IMG/VR virus record: IMGVR_UViG_2802429253_000004
Length of the DNA: 48,941 nt
Reading direction: 5' to 3' (one strand)
Source: a virus
Lineage: Duplodnaviria; Heunggongvirae; Uroviricota; Caudoviricetes
In this document: piece by piece, positions 44,764-48,941 of the stretch
How the letters are laid out: each line of letters opens with the position of its first letter
Position numbering within the stretch: the stretch's first letter is position 1
Translations under genes and position numbers: made by a program
The notes under the pieces: model-generated
The model's database searches: none
Told to the model about the DNA's origin: nothing
The model's input: the letters and a program-made list of their open reading frames with translations, nothing else

Positions 44764-46833
44764 GTGAGTAAATTATTATTTACGATGACTGACGCCGGGC
44801 GTCAGGAGCTGGTTAATGCCAACAAAACAGGAACAAATAAAGTTGAGATTGTTTCTGTTGGTTTAGGTAGTAGATATTATGTCACGTCAACTTCACAAAC
44901 AAATATAACAAACGAAATAAAACGACTTACCACAATAGGTGGCAAAGTTGTTTCCCCTGATACAATTCATGTAACAGCGAAGGATGATAGTAAAGATGAG
45001 TATGTTGTCCATACAATAGGATTGTATACGAATAAGGGTACGTTGTTTGCTGTATACTCACAAGAACAAGCAATAATAAATAAAGCATCATCTACTATCG
45101 CTTTAATATCAAGTGATATAGCAATTAAAACTCTTGATACTAAAAATATTACATTTGGTGATATTGAGTTTATTAATCCTCCCGCGACCGAAACTGTTGT
45201 TGGGGTGGCAAGATTTGCTAATGAACAAGAAATTGATGCAGGTACAGATGATTCCCTTGCTGTTTCAGCAAAGCGGCTTAAGCAAGCCATTGTGAAACAT
45301 GAGCAATCACGTAATCATCCTGATGCAACTTTAACCTCAAAAGGCTTTGTTCAACTTAGCAGCGCCACCAATAGCACGTCTGAAACGCTTGCTGCGACGC
45401 CTAAGGCTGTTAAGGCAGCATATGACCTGGCTAACGCCAAATACACCGCACAGGACGCTACCACAGCGCGAAAAGGGATTGTTCAGCTCAGTAGTGCCAC
45501 CAACAGCACGTCTGAAACGCTGGCAGCAACACCAAAGGCTGTTAAGGCAGCGTATGATCTTGCGGCCGGAAAGGCTCCGTCCAATCACACGCATTCGTGG
45601 GAGCAGATAACAAATGTGCCTGTAGCTTCACTGACTGTAAGGGGAATAACTCAGCTCAGTAGTGCCACCAACAGCACGTCTGAAACACTGGCCGCGACAT
45701 CGAAAGCTGTAAAGGTGGTAATGGATGAAACGAACAAGAAAGCGCCCCTGAACAGTCCGGCGCTGACCGGAACACCAACAACACCAACTGCGCCAAAAGG
45801 TACTAACAATACTCAGATCGCAAGCACGGCTTATGTTATGGCTGCGATCGCTGCCCTCGTGGACTCATCGCCTGACGCACTGAATACGCTGAACGAGCTG
45901 GCTGCGGCGTTGGGCAACGACCCGAATTTTGCGACCACCATGACTAACGCGCTTGCGGGTAAGCAACCGAAAGATGCCACCCTGACGGCGCTGGCCGGGC
46001 TTGCTACTGCGGCAGACAGGTTTCCGTATTTTACGGGGAATGATGTCGCCAGCCTGGCAACTCTGACAAAAGTCGGGCGGGATATTCTTGCGAAATCGAC
46101 CGTTGCCGCCGTTATCGAATACCTCGGTTTACGAGAACTCGGCACAAGCGGGGAAAAAATACCGTTACTCAGTACGGCGAATACCTGGACCAATCGACAA
46201 ACATTCAGTGGTGGCCTTTCTGGGGAACTGTCCGGCAATGCCGCTACTGCAACAAAGCTGAAAACAGCACGAAAAATTGCTGGAGTTGGTTTTGATGGTT
46301 CTAGCGATATTTCAATTAGTGCCAAAAATGTCAATGCATTTGCACTCCGACAAACAGGTAATACTGTTAATGGTGATACATCCGTTGGATGGAATTGGGA
46401 TAGTGGTGCATATAACGCCCTAATTGGTGGTGCATCTGCATTAATTCTTCACTTTAATATAAATGCTGGTAGCTGTCCTGCCGTACAATTCCGTGTGAAT
46501 TATAAAAATGGTGGCATTTCCTACAGGTCGGCTCGTGATGGTTATGGGTTTGAATTAGGTTGGTCAGATTTCTATACCACGACACGAAAACCTTCAGCGG
46601 GAGATGTTGGTGCATATACTCAGGCAGAATGTAACTCAAGGTTTATTACAGGTATTCGCCTTGGCGGTCTGTCATCTGTTCAGACATGGAATGGTCCCGG
46701 CTGGTCTGACAGGTCAGGTTACGTTGTTACGGGTTCAGTTAACGGAAACCGTGATGAATTAATTGATACAACACAGGCAAGGCCAATTCAGTATTGCATT
46801 AATGGGACGTGGTATAACGCGGGGAGTATTTAA
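44764..46833 (+). CDS. Tail fiber protein (constant N-terminal part plus variable C-terminal part, current orientation)
   Basis: 689 aa; internal fiber repeats; a gix-like crossover site lies in-frame at 46112..46137; C-terminus ends ..YCINGTWYNAGSI. Confidence 0.85.
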   Translation: MSKLLFTMTDAGRQELVNANKTGTNKVEIVSVGLGSRYYVTSTSQTNITNEIKRLTTIGGKVVSPDTIHVTAKDDSKDEYVVHTIGLYTNKGTLFAVYSQEQAIINKASSTIALISSDIAIKTLDTKNITFGDIEFINPPATETVVGVARFANEQEIDAGTDDSLAVSAKRLKQAIVKHEQSRNHPDATLTSKGFVQLSSATNSTSETLAATPKAVKAAYDLANAKYTAQDATTARKGIVQLSSATNSTSETLAATPKAVKAAYDLAAGKAPSNHTHSWEQITNVPVASLTVRGITQLSSATNSTSETLAATSKAVKVVMDETNKKAPLNSPALTGTPTTPTAPKGTNNTQIASTAYVMAAIAALVDSSPDALNTLNELAAALGNDPNFATTMTNALAGKQPKDATLTALAGLATAADRFPYFTGNDVASLATLTKVGRDILAKSTVAAVIEYLGLRELGTSGEKIPLLSTANTWTNRQTFSGGLSGELSGNAATATKLKTARKIAGVGFDGSSDISISAKNVNAFALRQTGNTVNGDTSVGWNWDSGAYNALIGGASALILHFNINAGSCPAVQFRVNYKNGGISYRSARDGYGFELGWSDFYTTTRKPSAGDVGAYTQAECNSRFITGIRLGGLSSVQTWNGPGWSDRSGYVVTGSVNGNRDELIDTTQARPIQYCINGTWYNAGSI
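46112..46137. promoter_or_regulatory. gix/cix-like recombination site inside the tail fiber gene (TTATCGAATACCTCGGTTTACGAGAA)
   Basis: Matches the Mu gix consensus TTATCCAAAACCTCGGTTTACAGGAA at most positions; inverted partner at 48807..48833. Confidence 0.75.
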
Positions 46834-46835
46834 CG

Positions 46836-47369
46836 ATGATGCACTTAAAAAACATTACTGCTGGCAACCCTAAAACAAAAGAGCAATACCAGCTAACGAA
46901 ACAATTTAACATCAAATGGCTTTATACAGAGGATGGAAAAAACTGGTATGAGGAACAAAATAACTTTCAGCCTGATACGTTGAAAATGGTCTATGACCAC
47001 AACGGCGTTATTATTTGTATTGAAAAGGATGTTTCAGCAATTAATCCAGAAGGCGCAAGCGTCGTTGAATTACCTGATATTACAGCAAATCGCCGGGCTG
47101 ATATTTCGGGTAAATGGATGTTCAAAGATGGCGTAGTGATAAAGCGAACTTACACCGAGGAAGAGCAGAGGCAACAAGCGGAAAATGAAAAGCAAAGCCT
47201 GTTGCAACTTGTCAGGGATAAAACCCAGCTATGGGACTCACAGCTACGGCTGGGCATCATTTCCGACGAGAATAAACAAAAATTAACCGAGTGGATGCTC
47301 TACGCGCAGAAAGTCGAATCCACAGACACCTCCAGCCTGCCAGTAACGTTTCCCGAACAACCAGAATGA
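46836..47369 (+). CDS. Tail fiber assembly protein (Tfa/U)
   Basis: 177 aa; Tfa-type N-terminal domain directly after the fiber gene. Confidence 0.8.
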   Translation: MMHLKNITAGNPKTKEQYQLTKQFNIKWLYTEDGKNWYEEQNNFQPDTLKMVYDHNGVIICIEKDVSAINPEGASVVELPDITANRRADISGKWMFKDGVVIKRTYTEEEQRQQAENEKQSLLQLVRDKTQLWDSQLRLGIISDENKQKLTEWMLYAQKVESTDTSSLPVTFPEQPE

Positions 47370-47397
47370 GAGAAGGCCCGCTATCGGGCCTTAATTT

Positions 47398-47925
47398 TTA
47401 CTCTGGTTTTTGTGGCCATTCTGGCTTTGCCGTATCCACGCGGCTGACCAGAACGCTGTAGCGTTCCCATGACTCCAGTCGTGTACGCTCCTCATCTGTT
47501 GCCATATTCAATCTGACAGCGCGTTCCAGTGGCTGGATAACTGATTCAGCTTCGGAAAGTAACGCGGACTTTTGTGATTCAGCCTGTTGTTGCTGTTCGT
47601 CTTCCGTATAAATCCGTTTAACCACAGCTCCATCCTTAAACATCCACTTCCTTGAATCATCGGCACGACGATTAGCTGTTATATCGGGAACCTCAACGAC
47701 GCTAAAACCTTCAGGATTAAGCGTGGAGGCATCTTTAGTGATGGCGACAATAATATTATTTTCGTCGTAAACAATCTTTATTGTGTCTTCCTGAAAATTA
47801 CTTACTTCCTCATACCAGTTTTTATCATCTTCGGACCATAACCATATAACATCAAAATTCTTTGTTAGCTGATATTGTTCTTTTGTTTTTGGATTTCCTG
47901 ATCTGATATTTTTTAAATGCTGCAT
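47398..47925 (-). CDS. Alternative tail fiber assembly protein (Tfa/U')
   Basis: 175 aa; paralog of 46836..47369 on the opposite strand inside the invertible segment. Confidence 0.8.
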   Translation of the reverse strand: MQHLKNIRSGNPKTKEQYQLTKNFDVIWLWSEDDKNWYEEVSNFQEDTIKIVYDENNIIVAITKDASTLNPEGFSVVEVPDITANRRADDSRKWMFKDGAVVKRIYTEDEQQQQAESQKSALLSEAESVIQPLERAVRLNMATDEERTRLESWERYSVLVSRVDTAKPEWPQKPE

Positions 47926-47928
47926 AAT

Positions 47929-48816
47929 TTATACCTGTGCAACGTTATACCATGTACCATTGATGTATTTCTGAATTGGTCTGAAAATAGCTTCATCATC
48001 GCCATCAACTTCACCAATAATTCTTAATCCGGTAAGTGCGTGTCCGGCAATCTCATAACGCCCGCCGCGTGACATTAATTGAACAACTCGCGTACCAAGC
48101 CGGACATCTCCCACATAGCGAGAGTCAAAATTGCTGTAATTGGATGGGATAACCTGTCCGTGCACATTCAGACCGTGCCCCATAGTAACAAGACCAGTAT
48201 TAAGCGCGATATAGAATGGACGAAGACCATTCCAGCTACCGTACTGGTCACCACTGGCAGTAAATAACAGATACAAGCTGCCACCATCCTGTCGCAGAAT
48301 TGCACCATAATTTCCTGCAATCATCCTTAAAGCATTCTGTGATGTGGTTATCAGTTCCCCAGTCATGGTATCGCCAGCACGATTCCAGTCGCGACGCCAG
48401 CCAGGCGCGTAGGTGTCACCATGATTAATATAAGTAAATTGCGCTTTTGCTGTACCGTTCGTTGCAGTTGTTGGAGTAGTGACGCGAATAGTCATTGCGC
48501 TCTTGGTGCCCATCACTTCAACCACCGAGCCAGCAAGTTGAATATTCCCGCAACCTGTATCTGTAATAATTTTATTATTGGCATAAGACCATGAACCTTT
48601 GCACATCCAGTATGGGTGATTAAATGCCCCCTGAGACTCCAGCCACGCAATAAACTGTGCTGTCGTCCAGTTGCTGCTATCTCCTCCAATATTGATACTT
48701 CCGCTGGCCGCTTTCGCTGCACCAATATTTTTTGTGAAGGTATCTTTTCCTGGAATATCCGCACCGTTCTGGTTTTTCTGCAATGCGCCAGAAGCCTTGT
48801 TTATCGTTTCCTGCAA
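47929..48816 (-). CDS. Alternative tail-fiber variable C-terminal segment (Sv'), expressed only after inversion
   Basis: Open frame begins exactly at the gix core; an LGL-QETINK junction continues the fiber frame after inversion; C-terminus ..YINGTWYNVAQV parallels the plus-strand fiber. Confidence 0.8.
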   Translation of the reverse strand: MQETINKASGALQKNQNGADIPGKDTFTKNIGAAKAASGSINIGGDSSNWTTAQFIAWLESQGAFNHPYWMCKGSWSYANNKIITDTGCGNIQLAGSVVEVMGTKSAMTIRVTTPTTATNGTAKAQFTYINHGDTYAPGWRRDWNRAGDTMTGELITTSQNALRMIAGNYGAILRQDGGSLYLLFTASGDQYGSWNGLRPFYIALNTGLVTMGHGLNVHGQVIPSNYSNFDSRYVGDVRLGTRVVQLMSRGGRYEIAGHALTGLRIIGEVDGDDEAIFRPIQKYINGTWYNVAQV

Positions 48817-48833
48817 ACCGAGGTTTTTGCGAA
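48807..48833. promoter_or_regulatory. gix/cix-like recombination site (inverted partner of 46112..46137)
   Basis: Reverse complement TTCGCAAAAACCTCGGTTTGCAGGAAA shares the ACCTCGGTTT core and dyad arms with the site in the fiber gene. Confidence 0.75.
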
Positions 48834-48941
48834 TTGCCTCTGTATCGTCTGAACGATATTTTTTCCCGCTTTTAGCAACAATCGCGGTTTAGAAAGTATG
48901 CAATATGGTTATGCGAGAGTGTCAACTTTTGACCAGAATTT

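Larger units (their letters stand above)
46112..48833. mobile_element. Gin-type invertible segment carrying alternative tail-fiber C-termini and tail fiber assembly genes
   Basis: Inverted gix-like sites at both ends; the fiber C-terminus and Tfa on the plus strand face an alternative C-terminus and Tfa on the minus strand; invertase adjacent across the circular junction. Confidence 0.8.

Noticed and set aside
45831-46334. 167-aa minus-strand ORF inside the tail fiber gene
   Set aside because: Antisense to the tail fiber coding sequence; Ala/Ser-rich translation typical of a shadow frame.

Overview
The window reads as a complete, circular temperate phage-plasmid of about 48.8 kb: the first 121 bp are identical to the last 121 bp (1..121 = 48821..48941), so the contig wraps. 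All calls are from reading the sequence and the supplied ORF translations; no database search or folding was run, so family names are motif-level recognitions. Plasmid-type maintenance: an IncFII-like RepA (952..1800) with a CopA-like antisense terminator hairpin upstream and a DnaA box plus AT-rich origin downstream, a small ParA/RHH partition pair (9205..10165, minus strand), and a HigB/HigA-like toxin-antitoxin pair (3263..3909). No integrase was found. Phage regulation: a CI-like repressor with S24 peptidase domain (10768..11424) facing a Cro-like gene across operators of the form ACCAC-N5-GTGGT, a putative Q-like antiterminator (13572..13949), and a separate antirepressor module (ORF6N+Rha protein, 6095..7237) behind a structured leader. 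Lysis: two holin-like proteins, a GH108 endolysin and a nested spanin pair (18123..19729), followed by a tRNA with CAU anticodon (19891..19966). Morphogenesis: lambda-like head genes (small and large terminase, gpW-like, portal, protease/scaffold, major capsid; 26932..33683) joined to a Mu/P2-like contractile tail (sheath, tube, frameshifted chaperone, tape measure, baseplate, tail fiber; 35193..46833). The tail-fiber C-terminus and its assembly protein sit in a Gin/Cin-type invertible segment (about 46112..48833) bounded by gix-like sites, with the invertase at 84..638. The most unusual features are regulatory and accessory: a near-identical ~115-bp promoter/leader cassette present three times; a 15-bp AT-rich iteron family at seven loci including both flanks of the partition operon; a CI-type operator upstream of repA; a nine-gene operon of unknown function between the Q-like gene and the lysis cassette; and two orphan methyltransferases, one fused to a ParB-like domain, alongside two further ParB-like paralogs.
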